In this document: in pieces, positions 1 to 10,650 of the stretch
Numbering within the stretch: position 1 is the stretch's first letter
Layout of the letters: the number at the start of each line of letters is the position of its first letter
Origin: Octopus sinensis
Taxonomy: Eukaryota
Direction: 5' to 3'
DNA length: 64,000 nucleotides
Assembly (NCBI RefSeq): GCF_006345805.1
Contig: NC_043000.1
Coordinates: forward strand, 93,000,001 to 93,064,000
Position numbers and translations under genes: made by a program
Notes under the pieces: generated by a model
The model's input: only the letters and a program-made list of their open reading frames with translations
Told to the model about the DNA's origin: nothing
Database searches by the model: none

Positions 1-62
1 ATTTCCAATATTTGTAGTATTGAAGGGGTATCATGTGTGTTGGGCTTATTATTTTGGGTAAA

Positions 63-891
63 ATAAAAGTGGCAGAATCGTTAGCGCACTAGACAAAATG
101 CTTAGCAGTATTTCGCCTGTTGCTACATTCTGGGTTCAAATTCTGCCAAGGTCGACTTTACTCTTCATCCTTTCGAGGTTGATAAAATAAGTACCAGTTG
201 AACATTGGGGATTGATGTAATCTCCTTCTAAATTGCTGCCCTTGTGGCAATATTTGAAACCATTATTTGGGGCAAAATAAGGTGATGAACTGGCAGAATT
301 GTTAACAAGCTGGGCAAACTACATAGTAGCATTTCATCCATCTTTATGTTCCGAGTTCAAATGCTACCGAGGTCAACTTTGCCTTTCATCCTTTCAGGGC
401 CAATAAAATAGGTACCATTTGAACATTAGATTTGATATATTGACTTATCCTCTTCCCTGAAAACGCTAGCCTCAAGCAAGAATTTGTAATTATTATTTTG
501 GGTAATGTGAAAGCGGTGAACTGAGAAAATCATTAGCATGCTTAGCGGTATTTCGTGTCTTTACATTCTGAGTTCAAATTTCTGCCTAGGTTAACTTTAC
601 CTTTCATTCTTTCAGGGTCAATAAATTAAGTACCAGTTGCACACTGAAGTAAATTTAATTGACTGGCCCCCTCCCCCAAAATTTCGGTCCTTGTGCCTAG
701 AGTAGAAAAGTATCGCTAGCATGTCAGGCAAAATACTTTGCAGTATTTCGTCTATCTTTATTTTCTAAGTTCAAATTCCACCAAGGTCAACTTGCCTTTC
801 ATCCTTTAGGGGTCGATAAATTAAGTACCAGTTGCGTACTGGGGTCGATCTAAGTGACTGGCTCCCTCCCACCGAATTTCAGGCCTTGTGC
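63..891 (+). mobile_element. Head-to-tail array of four tRNA-derived SINE family B copies (~63-268, 281-495, 512-712, 713-891; last copy interrupted)
   Basis: Each copy has TGGCAGAATCGTTAGC, TTCTGAGTTCAAAT, CTTTCATCCTTTCGGGGTCGATAAA and AAGTACCAGTT motifs; several junctions carry TTATTTTGGG. Confidence 0.9.
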
Positions 892-1096
892 TAAATTTGA
901 AAAACCAGAGAGGACGGTAAATGGTAAAATCCGAGTTACAGTCAAAGTTGCTGGTAAAGGTGTTTATAATGGTGTTGGACGGAATTATCGCATTGCAAAG
1001 AGTGCTGCTGCCAAAAAAGCTTTGAGAATCCTTAAAACTATGCAGTCTCAGGGCTTCATTGCTCAACTGTCAAATGAAAGGATGATGCAAGGATAA
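890..1096 (+). pseudogene. DICER1: Dicer-1 C-terminal dsRBD and stop codon; probable 5'-truncated processed retrocopy
   Basis: [49 protein letters not shown] aligns by eye with the human Dicer C-terminus [49 protein letters not shown] (recalled); frame intact to TAA at 1094-1096. Identity is high confidence; pseudogene status is inferred from the split SINE. Confidence 0.85.
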
Positions 1097-1402
1097 CCTG
1101 AATAGATTGCTAATCAAGGTACATCTGTGATTCCATAATCAGCCATGCGTATCACGGCATGGCTGCAGATCATTGTTTCAACTACTTGGCACTGAGTGTA
1201 TGTGTATATATTTGCTTAATTTGTGTGTGTGTGTGGTGGAGAGTTTGGGTGCATGAGAGAGAGAGAGAGAAACAAAGTTTAATTTGTATGTAAGAAGTAA
1301 TCAAGGTTTAATGTCAGATAATGAGTAGTAAGTGTGTTTATGATATAATAATTATTTTTAATTTATGAGTGAATCTTTGCATTTTTCTGGGTAATGACAT
1401 GG

Positions 1403-1514
1403 GACGTTGGTAATGATCATGCTCGAGTGGTGCCCTTTTACGTGCCACAGGTACTGGCTTCCGTACCTATGGCATGTAAAAGGGCGCCATTCGAGCGTGA
1501 TCATTACCAACGTC
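1403..1514. repeat. 52-bp inverted repeat with 8-nt loop
   Basis: 1403-1454 pairs with 1463-1514: 47 Watson-Crick, 4 G:U, 1 C-A mismatch on the + strand. Confidence 0.95.
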
Positions 1515-1782
1515 GCTTCACTGACACCTATGCCGGTGGCACATGTAAAAAGATTCGAGTGAGGTCATTGCCAGTACCGCCTGACTGCCCCCCCCCGTGC
1601 CGGTGGCACGTAAAAAGCACCCATTACACTCTCGGAGTGGTTGGCGTTAGGAAGGGCATCCAGCTGTAGAAACTCTGCCAGATCACGATTGGAGCCTGGT
1701 TCTCCAGCCCTCAGTCAAAATCGTCCAACCCATGCTAGCATGGAAAGCGGACTTTAAATGATGATGATGATGATGATGATGA
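1403..1782 (+). mobile_element. SINE-like family F element with (GAT)n tail and 5' fold-back
   Basis: GGCACGTAAAAAGCACC...GGAAGGGCATCCAGCTGTAGAAAC...CCATGCTAGCATGGAAAGCGG then (GAT)n; same organisation at 53505-53810 and 45620-45995. Confidence 0.85.
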
Positions 1783-1783
1783 T

Positions 1784-1892
1784 GTGCCTAGAGTAGAATG
1801 GATTATTTTGGGTAAGGTGGCAAGCTGGCAGAATTGTTAGCCTGCCAGGATAAATGCTTAACGGTATTTCGACCATCCTTACATTCTGAGTT
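1784..1892 (+). mobile_element. Displaced 3' tail of the interrupted family B SINE (1784-1806) plus head fragment of another copy
   Basis: GTGCCTAGAGTAGAA matches the tail of the copy at 693-707; then GGTGGCAAGCTGGCAGAATTGTTAGC. Confidence 0.8.
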
Positions 1893-2039
1893 AAATCCAG
1901 TTAGATCAGATATCCTTTATGTAAATCCATGATCAGAAAGGATGGTTAGGTAAAACATCATGGTGAGAGAGAAGAAAAGAATGATTATGCAGTACATTCT
2001 CAGCTCATTACCTTTCAGTGCCTATTAATAAGGGTTTCA

Positions 2040-2225
2040 AAATTTGGCACAAGGCCAGCATTTTTTGCCACAAGTACAGTGTCTAATTTCCTTCAGTTTC
2101 TGGTTACCAAATCCATTCACAAGGTTTTCGTCAACCCATGGCTATAGTAGAACACACTTGCCTAAGGAGCCACACCATGGAACTGAACCCAGAAACATGT
2201 CATTGAGCAGTGAACTTCCTAGTCT
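2040..2225 (-). mobile_element. SINE family A, 5' half
   Basis: TCAGTTTC..ACCAAATCCATTCACAAGG..CTATAGTAGAACACACTTGCC. Confidence 0.75.
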
Positions 2226-2280
2226 TACAATGAAACCTGTGCTTTATTTTCAATTCAAATACAGGTGACAAGATATTTTT

Positions 2281-2672
2281 TTCTACACTAGGCACAAGGA
2301 CCAAAATTTCGGGGGAGGGGGCTAATCAATTAGATCGACCCCAGTATGCAACTGGTACTTAATCTATCAACCCCGAAAGGATGAAAGGCAAAGTTGACCT
2401 TGGTGGAATTTGAACTCAGAACATAAAGACAGACAAAATACCTATTTCTTTACTACCCACAAGGGGTTAAACACAGTGAGGACAAACAAGGACAGACAAA
2501 CAGATTAAGTCGATTTTATCAACCCCAGTGCGTAACTGGTACTTATTTAATCGACCCCGAAAGGATGAAAGGCAAAGTTGACCTTGGTAGAATTTGAACT
2601 CAGAATGTAGTGACAGAAGAAATACCGCTAAGCATTTCACCTGGCATATTAATGTTTCTGCCAGCTTGACAC
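2281..2672 (-). mobile_element. SINE family B dimer with target-site duplication
   Basis: Two bodies in tandem flanked by ACAGG(T/C)GACAAGATATT. Confidence 0.85.
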
Positions 2673-2829
2673 CTCACAGGCGACAAGATATTAAAACAGC
2701 TATTATCATATATACCGTATGAAATATTTAAACTCCAATTAAACTCAAACTTTCAAGTTATCCTCAACAGATGATTGCTTCTACCCACAAAACTGAAAAA
2801 AAGAAACAGTAGACTATTCGAACAAATAC

Positions 2830-2952
2830 ATACTTACATATATGATATATATGCATGTATGCATGTATGTATGTATGTATGTATGTAAGTATGTATGTAT
2901 GTATGCAAGCATGTATGTATGTATGCTTATGTATGTATATGTATGTATATAT

Positions 2953-3015
<63 letters not shown>

Positions 3016-3200
3016 TGCATGTGCATGTCTTTGTGTGTGTGTATATATATATATACATATATATATATATAGAGAGAGAGTTATATATATATATACATAT
3101 ACATATATATATATATATATATATACATATATGTATATATATATATACATATATATACATACACATTCACATACTCATATCAACATATACATATACATAA
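2830..3200. repeat. Compound microsatellite (TATG)n/(TA)n/(TG)n
   Basis: Direct inspection. Confidence 0.95.
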
Positions 3201-3879
3201 AATAATGGAATGACAGAATGATAGACAAGCTTAATGACACGTAAAGATTATAAACATTAATCTACATGGGTGAAGACATGATATGAATTTATACATTATT
3301 TTATGTGTGTGTGTGTGTGAGAGAGAAAGAGAGAGTATCTGTGCATGTGTACAAAAAATATACTACACACACACACATACACTCACATGCACACATATGC
3401 ACACAAATACATGTATTCAGGTATAAAGTCATTAATGCGATGAAAGAGGCATGCACAAAGTCCCGTCCCATAAATTACGCCTAAATATGAAATTCATTCA
3501 ACTGGAAAGATGTACTATGTTAAGGAAATGTAATGATTACATGTGCATCTATAAATAAGTAAACATATATATATATATTGCCGTTGAAACATTCCTGTCA
3601 CAACCTGGGACCTTGAAGACTGCTTTAATGCAAGAAAGTATACTAGTCCCTTAATATTTTATATTTTATATTCAATATTTCATCTATTCAATAAGACAAT
3701 CAATACTTCATTTCATTTTACTATATATACTATGTATACTATATATTCTATATTCTACATTAATATTATAAAGAATATAAATAAAGCATAAAAACAGACA
3801 GAGCTGGAATTCTTCTGAATAAAATTTTTAGAACCCATAAGTGACCCTAACTTTAATTAAATATCCTCTCTTTTTTCAG

Positions 3880-4255
3880 CCTCAACATAGAAGTTTTAAA
3901 TGTAGTGCAGTCAGTGGAAAGACATGTTGTTCTTGTCACCTTATCTACTAAGCATTGTAAAAGATTGAAACCTTCTTCAGTGTCACAAGATCCTCTGTGG
4001 TTAAGATCAGAAAAGAGCTCCTGGCCTTTGGTGAGAATGTGCCTCCTGTGGCTAAAAGAAAAGAAATGGTCTTGACAGTTAGACATGGTCAGAAGAGTCT
4101 AATTTTTTCAGTAAATCCGGGGCATCTTCATCAAGGAGCACAAGTCAATGAGGGTCATGTGTCAGTCAATGATTTGATGTGTAATGCATGAAGACATGAG
4201 GCACAAACTGTATTTTATGAGAAGAGGGCAGTTCATGTCTCATAAAATGTCTGGT
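3880..4255 (+). mobile_element. Decayed maT/DD37D-like transposase N-terminal fragment
   Basis: FFSVTRSSVVKIRKELLAFGENVPPVAKRK and, after a frameshift, EDMRHKLYFMRRGQFMS. Confidence 0.7.
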
Positions 4256-4279
4256 TAAACTGGGATTTTCAGGAAGAGA

Positions 4280-4445
4280 AATCAACCATCTAATTCATTC
4301 ATTACAAGTGCAATCTGTGAGTGGAACAGTAAAGATATGCAAGACTTTCTCAAGTTCCAAATGTGAATTTTTCTATGTAAACAAGATTCCAAAGATGGAG
4401 CCTTGTATCTATGTTGGAAACTGGCTCCCTTCTCAGTGGTAGATT
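4280..4445 (+). mobile_element. 3' end fragment of an RLE-type LINE
   Basis: Homologous to 5255-5310 and 45375-45520 (IQSISGTVKICKTF-like end). Confidence 0.65.
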
Positions 4446-4514
4446 TATAATAATTAAAAAATAGAAGATACATACATACATACATCCATACATACATACA
4501 TACATACATGCATG

Positions 4515-5570
4515 CATGGATATATGAGCAGAAGACTATGCATGGATATGTTAGTAGAAAGCTCTGTGATGATAGTAACATCAATTATCAAAGCAGTTTA
4601 TCATGGACCAATAACCAGATTATTACCTCTCACTTTGAAGGGTATGCATTTGCAATCCAGGAACAGGAAATATCAACCAAGTACCTGACGCACGAAAGGG
4701 ATTGAGATGCAGAAAAAGCCATAAAATGTAACAACTGATGCAGACTTTGTGGAGTTTACACTGACGATATCATCCACATCATAAGCAGCTGTCCAAAAAT
4801 GTTGTTACCATATTATCGACTGATGGGACATTATGTTGTAGCTAGGACACTCTATAATGAGATCTTTCAGAAGGATAATACTGAGGACAAAGAAATAAGA
4901 AGCCATAGCCACTCATAATAAAATGGAGTACTGGTGGAATGTACCAGTGAAGACCTCGATAAAATGTAAGCACAAAAGACCTGATATAATGATTTGGGAT
5001 AGAGAAGAGAAATTGTGCACAGTTGTGAAAATTAGCTGCCAAGCAGATGTTAAAATAAAGCTGAAGATCAGTGAAAAAGAAAACACCTCTGCTGAACTAT
5101 TGAGAAATCTGCAGTTACAGTTTCCCAGTTACAGATTCAGGTTTATACCTGTAACTATTGGGGCCCTGGGATATGTAACACACTACCTAAATACCAATCT
5201 TGAGAAATTAGGTTTCTTAAATTCAGAAAGAAGAAGCTAATTCAAAGACTACAAATCCAATCCATCACTGGAACTGTAAAAATCTGTAAAACTTTCCATA
5301 AGTTTAGCATTTAAATATATATGAGCATGTCTAGATATGTAACTATATGCATGAGAATACATACATAAAACATACAAATCTGCACATATATACATATATA
5401 CATATTACGTACATACATACATACATACATACATACATACATACATACATACATACAAAAATATCCTGTTGTTGGTGTTAAAATTCCAATGAATGAGCCT
5501 GGGATCTAGATCAGAAACCGGTTCTTTCTCTATAGGCAAGAAATCTTGAAATAAACCGAATAATGACATA
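4515..5570 (+). mobile_element. 5'-truncated RLE non-LTR retrotransposon (CCHC knuckle, PD-(D/E)xK nuclease, 3' UTR) embedded in (CATA)n
   Basis: CRLCGVYTDDISHIISSCP; HKRPDIMIWDREEKLCTVVKIS; FIPVTIGALG; several stops; UTR 5460-5560 recurs inverted at 52745-52845. Confidence 0.85.
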
Positions 5571-6269
5571 CATACATACAAAGCCATCCTAGTAACATAA
5601 GCGCTGCCTGGGCAAAGTAATGAACCAGGACCTATAGTACTTATTGATCTCAAGTTCCTGCATACATAAATCTGTGCTGGGCCCCTAGAACTGTAAAGGC
5701 CCTCTGGCAACTGCCCAGTGTGTCCATATCTTAAGGCAACACTGCATACATACATACAATAATTAGAAATGTGAATCTCTGAGTACAGGAAATTACAAGC
5801 TTTTTGGCCATAATGTATTAAAGAAAATTCTACATTTATGTATTGTCTTCAGTGATTAAATATTTCTGGTGATAAATTGTCAAGCAATGGAGCCACAATC
5901 ACAAAAGACCCTTTATTAAATCATTTTTCCTTCTCTTTCATAGATTTGAATTATACAAGATTGCCATTATCCATCAGATATCATAAACAGAGTTTAAGAA
6001 ATTTCAATTTAAACAAGGCCTTGTTTAGATCAAATTCTCAATTATTTCTCTATTAAAAGATCATTATTTCCCATAGGGTCTCTTTGCTATCTACAGATGC
6101 AAGCATTTTCCTACTATGAGGAATATATAATTTATTTATAATTCTTTCTGATTTTGGAACCAGCCAGCAGCTTTTAGAGTAACCCAGTATTAAACTGGTT
6201 TTTTGTACTATCAATACCCACCTTTTTTTTTTTAACTGTCATTCTGTCAATTATGCAGACAAGTGTCCC

Positions 6270-6540
6270 AGTTGGTATGATCAAATTAATGTGCAAATCA
6301 AGTGGCTGAGCATTCCGCAGATACCTTTAATGTACCCATAATGTAGTTCTTATGAAGATTCAGTGTGACACAGAATGAGACCTGGCTGGCCCTTTGAAAT
6401 ACAGGTACTATTCATTTCTGCTAGCTGTGTGAACTGGAGTAATGTGAAATAAAGTGTCTTGCTCAAGAACACATTTGTGCCACCAGGAATCGAACACATG
6501 ACCTTACAATCGTGAGCCAAATACTCAAACCAATATCCTA
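6270..6540 (-). mobile_element. tRNA/CORE-like SINE family D
   Basis: GTGAAATAAAGTGTCTTGCTCAAGAACAC and GGAATCGAAC; homologues at 13670 and 15745. Confidence 0.8.
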
Positions 6541-6769
6541 CATGTCTTTACTTATTAATCCAAGTGGTATAAAAGACAGAGCTGACATTGGAGGGATTTG
6601 AACTCAGAACATAAAGAGCCAGAACTAAAACTGCTCATATGACACTGACATACATTTAAAACTAACACATGATGCCAAAATAGGGGACCACACACACACA
6701 CATACATAAATGCACATAAACACACATGCACACACTCATACATTCACACACTCATACATAAGCTTGTTT

Positions 6770-7115
6770 GAAAAACACATGACCCCAGGTTCAGTCCTAA
6801 TGCATGGCATCTTGGGGGCTGACTAAAGCCTTGTGAGCGGATTTGGTGGATGGAAACTGAAAGAAGCCCATTGTATATACATATATGTATACATCTATAT
6901 GTGTGGGTATCTTTGTATCTGTTTTTGTCCCCACCACTTGACAACCGGTGCTGGTATTTTTATGTCCCCATAGCTTAGTGGTTCAGCAAAAGCGATGGAT
7001 AGAATAAGTACCAGGCTTTAAAAAATTAGTACTGTGGTTGATACATTCGACTAAAAATTCTTCGAGATGGTACTCCAGCATGGCCACAGTCTAATGACTG
7101 AAACAAGTAAAAGGT
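6770..7115 (+). mobile_element. SINE family A
   Basis: GGTTCAGTCC..GGAAACTGAAAGAAGCC..CCAGCATGGCCACAGTCTAATGACTGAAACAAGTAAAAG. Confidence 0.85.
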
Positions 7116-7139
7116 ACAAGATAAAAGATACATAAAAAA

Positions 7140-7275
7140 GGCATCTGTACAATTTCCATCCACCAAAACCACACACAAGGCTTTTGAGGGCCCAGAGTTA
7201 TAGTTGCTGCACAGTGGGGCTGAACCCAAAACCATCAGATTGAGAAACAAGTGTATTGACCACCTGACTATACTT
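7140..7275 (-). mobile_element. SINE family A, 5' fragment
   Basis: CACAAGGCTTT..ACAGTGGGGCTGAACCCAAAACCAT. Confidence 0.6.
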
Positions 7276-7304
7276 GTACCCGTTAACACTCATAAATTTA
7301 CATA

Positions 7305-7521
7305 CAAGGGGTGCTGAAAAGTCCCTGGCTTTGGGTAAAAGAAAATACAGGAGAATATGTTAGCTATGATTTTATTCGACATATTCCCCTCTCAGATTCC
7401 CACACTTATTGGAGTGGTCCTTCAATTTTTCTAAGCTGTGTAAAAAGAACTCTAAAGGTTGGGCCTCCAGCCAGGCCTTTCACTATACCCTTAAAGCCAA
7501 GAACTTTTCAGCACCCCTTTG
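7305..7521. mobile_element. Mariner-derived MITE
   Basis: TIRs CAAGGGGTGCTGAAAAGT / ACTTTTCAGCACCCCTTTG, TA flanks. Confidence 0.9.
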
Positions 7522-7574
7522 TAAGTATGTATACACACATATATAAATACACACACACACACATATCTATATAA

Positions 7575-8130
7575 AACACAAAAATGGGACAAGAACACAA
7601 AACATCCTGACAGTTAGGTGATACAAGAAAGGGACAACAAAACATCCAGATAGACGATACAAAGAAAACAAGGATGGATCATTCAGAGTTTTCTATCCTC
7701 AGTCAAGTTCCAGATTATCTTTGCAATTTCGGCTAGTCATACTCGAGATTGCTCTAATCTGGCCAGCCCCAAGGAAAAACTAAGCTAAGAGCATTAGATT
7801 CCGTGGAAGAAAGCAGTGAATGTGTACAAAAACAAAGACGGAAAAAAAACGGAGAAATGTTACACAAATACAAATGCAATTAACAGGACATAACAACAGG
7901 TGTCTTTCAATTATGGACGAATTAAATTAAACTGGCGTGTGTGGAAGTAAAACTTTATGGCAGGGACATAAGATTTGACAGGCACAGGGAGTAATATAGA
8001 TGTTGCATAGATGGTAGTCGAACCAAGAAAGAAAGATAAGGCTTGGCTGAACACCGGTTATGTGGGGAGAGAAGAGAAAGAGGCAGGAGTAGAGGGATAG
8101 AAGAATTAAGGAGCGAGAAAAAAAATGACA
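7575..8130 (-). mobile_element. Unclassified interspersed repeat, possibly a Penelope-like 3' region
   Basis: Lies between two MITE copies and truncates the second; minus-strand stem GGCTGG..CTAGCC followed by GAAA. Confidence 0.35.
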
Positions 8131-8341
8131 TGGTGCTGAAAAGTTTCTGGCTTTGAATAAATGAAAATACTGGAGGATAAATTAATTGCAGTTTTATTCA
8201 ACATATTCCCCTCTCAGATTTCACACTTATTTCAGCAGTCCTTCAGTTTTTCTAAGCCTTGTAAAAGAACACAGAAGTTTGGGCCCCAATTCAGACCTTT
8301 CATTATGTCCTTAAAGCCAGGAAGTTTTCAGCACCACCTTG
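8131..8341. mobile_element. Second copy of the mariner-derived MITE
   Basis: TGGTGCTGAAAAGT...TTTTCAGCACCACCTTG; internal identity to 7305-7521. Confidence 0.85.
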
Positions 8342-9334
8342 TATATTAGAATTAAAGACTACTTCATAAAAGATGACATATATACATGTAGCAACACTAT
8401 TGAGTTATTTTGTTACATTTTCATTACAATCACACTGAATTAGCATGGCTCAAAAAGTCTCAAAAGCCTTTCTAATAATCATCTCATTCATTTGAAAAAT
8501 TAACAAACTAAATATTAATTGATATTAAATTGATTGTATTACCATAAAATTTGCACTGATTTTTCACACACAGTCTTAATTACTTTTATTGATACATATA
8601 ACGAATGTGTTATATGACACTGATGCATCAACTAATCATCTCTTGTCTTCCTAAAATTGAAATTATTATTTTAATAGGCTGCAAGTGCTAAATATAATTT
8701 AGTCAGTGAACATTGATATATTTTTGTGTATTAAATTGTATTTAGTTATTCTTTGAAGCAAATTTGTGGTTGTCCCTTCTTGCTTGTTTATTTACTTTTT
8801 GTAAGTGGGATTAAAAAATATGCTTGCATATTCAAAATTAATTAGTTCCTTTGCTGTGAGGTATGTTATGTAATTATTGATTCATAAAGGTCTATGAGAA
8901 GTGGAAAATAAAATGAAATGAAAAAATAATATGCAATCATACAATGTGTGTATGTATATGTATGTGTGAGAGAGAGTTTGTGCATATATATGAGTGTATG
9001 AGAGAAAGAGTGTGTGTATGTGTATGCAAGTATGTATGCATATATGTGCAGCTCTTAATTATTTAATCATTTAATTATATGAAGTATGATTACACCAGAC
9101 ATGCTCCAGTATTTGAAAAGCTGTTTTATCACTCAAGCACTTTGATTATTAACTTATGGTTGATACGGTTATCCAACATGTCAGAACCTCTATGAAAATG
9201 GTAAATGTTATTACATGGGAATAAGGACATGAAAACTGAAAACTAGGCCATTCTAGTGTATTAAAATTGTAATCTTTAACTGCAGAAATGACACGATAAT
9301 TTAATACAATACTTCCAAACAAAAGCAACATTTA

Positions 9335-9840
9335 TTATTAAGAAGACCTGGCAAGTAAAGTGAGATCACAGCTGTAGCCTTTACCAGTGTCGCATAACCA
9401 GCCCATTTAAAATGTACCTTTGAATCGACAGGTGATATGCCATGCTTGAGGAGACTTATTAAGTCAAGTAAAATCAAAAATCAAAATCAAAATCACTATC
9501 AGAATCACAATCAAATGGAAATTGTAGTTGTGGATGACCACCTGACCAGCTCCCATGCTGGTGGCATGCAATAAGCACCATTCATGCATGGATTGACGCC
9601 AGTGCCACCTGATTGGCTCCCCATGCTGGTGGAACATAAAAAGCACTGTCCGAAAGTGGTCAAACTAGCCCTGCCAGCCCCAACCGATTCCTGTGCTGGT
9701 GGCTCATAAAAAACACCATCTGAGTATGGCTGATGCCAGTGCTGCCTGACTGGCTCCTGTGCCAGTGGAATGCAAAAAGCTCCGACTACACCCTCTGAGT
9801 GGTTGGTGTTAGGAAGGACATCCAGCTGTAGAAACCTTGC
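9335..9840 (+). mobile_element. Family F element, long form with internal tandem units
   Basis: Repeated CTGACTGGCTCC..GGTGG..AAAAAGCAC units, then GAGTGGTTGGTGTTAGGAAGGACATCCAGCTGTAGAAAC. Confidence 0.75.
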
Positions 9841-9984
9841 ATCTTTCAGTTTCTGAGCATCTTTCAGTTTCTGAGGATCAATTCTATTCATAGGGCATTG
9901 GGTTGGGATGAGGCTATGGTGCAACAGTGTAGTCATGCCTTCACCTCTGTAAATCTAAAGATAAAGCTCTAGTGTCCTATTCAG

Positions 9985-10318
9985 GTGTGAAGGTGCACAG
10001 CTCAGTGATTAGAGCATGATAAAATCATGAGGTAATGAGTTCAATTCCTAGATCGGGTTATGTGTTGTGTTCTTGAGCAAGATACTTTATTATATGTTGC
10101 TCCAATTCATTCAGCTGTAGAAATGAGTTGCAACATAACTAGTGCCAAGCTGTATCAGCTTTTGCCTTTCTCTTGGATAACACTGGTGGCGTGGAGAGGG
10201 GAGGCTGGTATGTGTTGGCGACTACTGGTCTTCCATAAAAACAACCTTGTCCAGACTTGTGCTTGGGAGGGTAACATTCTAGGTGCAATCCCATGGTCAG
10301 TCATGACCGAAGGGGGTT
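9985..10318 (+). mobile_element. tRNA/CORE-like SINE family C
   Basis: A box CAGCTCAGTGATTAGAGC, B box GAGTTCAATTCC; tail CATGACCGAAGGGGGT; homologue 19604-19933. Confidence 0.85.
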
Positions 10319-10324
10319 TCAGCA

Positions 10325-10340
10325 CATACACACATACACA

Positions 10341-10434
<94 letters not shown>

Positions 10435-10472
10435 TAGATAGATATCGATATCATATATGTCTACATATATTA

Positions 10473-10555
<83 letters not shown>

Positions 10556-10650
10556 GTATGAATGTATGGTATGTTTGTATGTATGTATGTATGCATGTAT
10601 GTATGTATGCATGTATGTGCGTGTATGTGATGTGTGTGTGAGTGTGTGTG
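10325..10650. repeat. Compound microsatellite (CA)n(TA)n(GA)n...(TC)n(TA)n(TATG)n
   Basis: Direct inspection. Confidence 0.95.

Noticed and set aside
2814-3205. YI/IY/CV-rich ORFs here and throughout the ORF track
   Set aside because: Translations of dinucleotide and tetranucleotide microsatellites.
3880-4030. Apparent exon with a strong TTTTTTCAG acceptor
   Set aside because: The sequence is decayed maT transposase in another frame.
4212-4248. 11-bp inverted repeat ATTTTATGAGA/TCTCATAAAAT
   Set aside because: AT-rich, short and inside a transposase relic; compatible with chance.
6010-6027. 18-bp perfect palindrome TAAACAAGGCCTTGTTTA
   Set aside because: Isolated, with no associated structure.
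7710-7785. Minus-strand stem followed by GAAA (hammerhead-like)
   Set aside because: No CUGANGA core and no clear NUH site.
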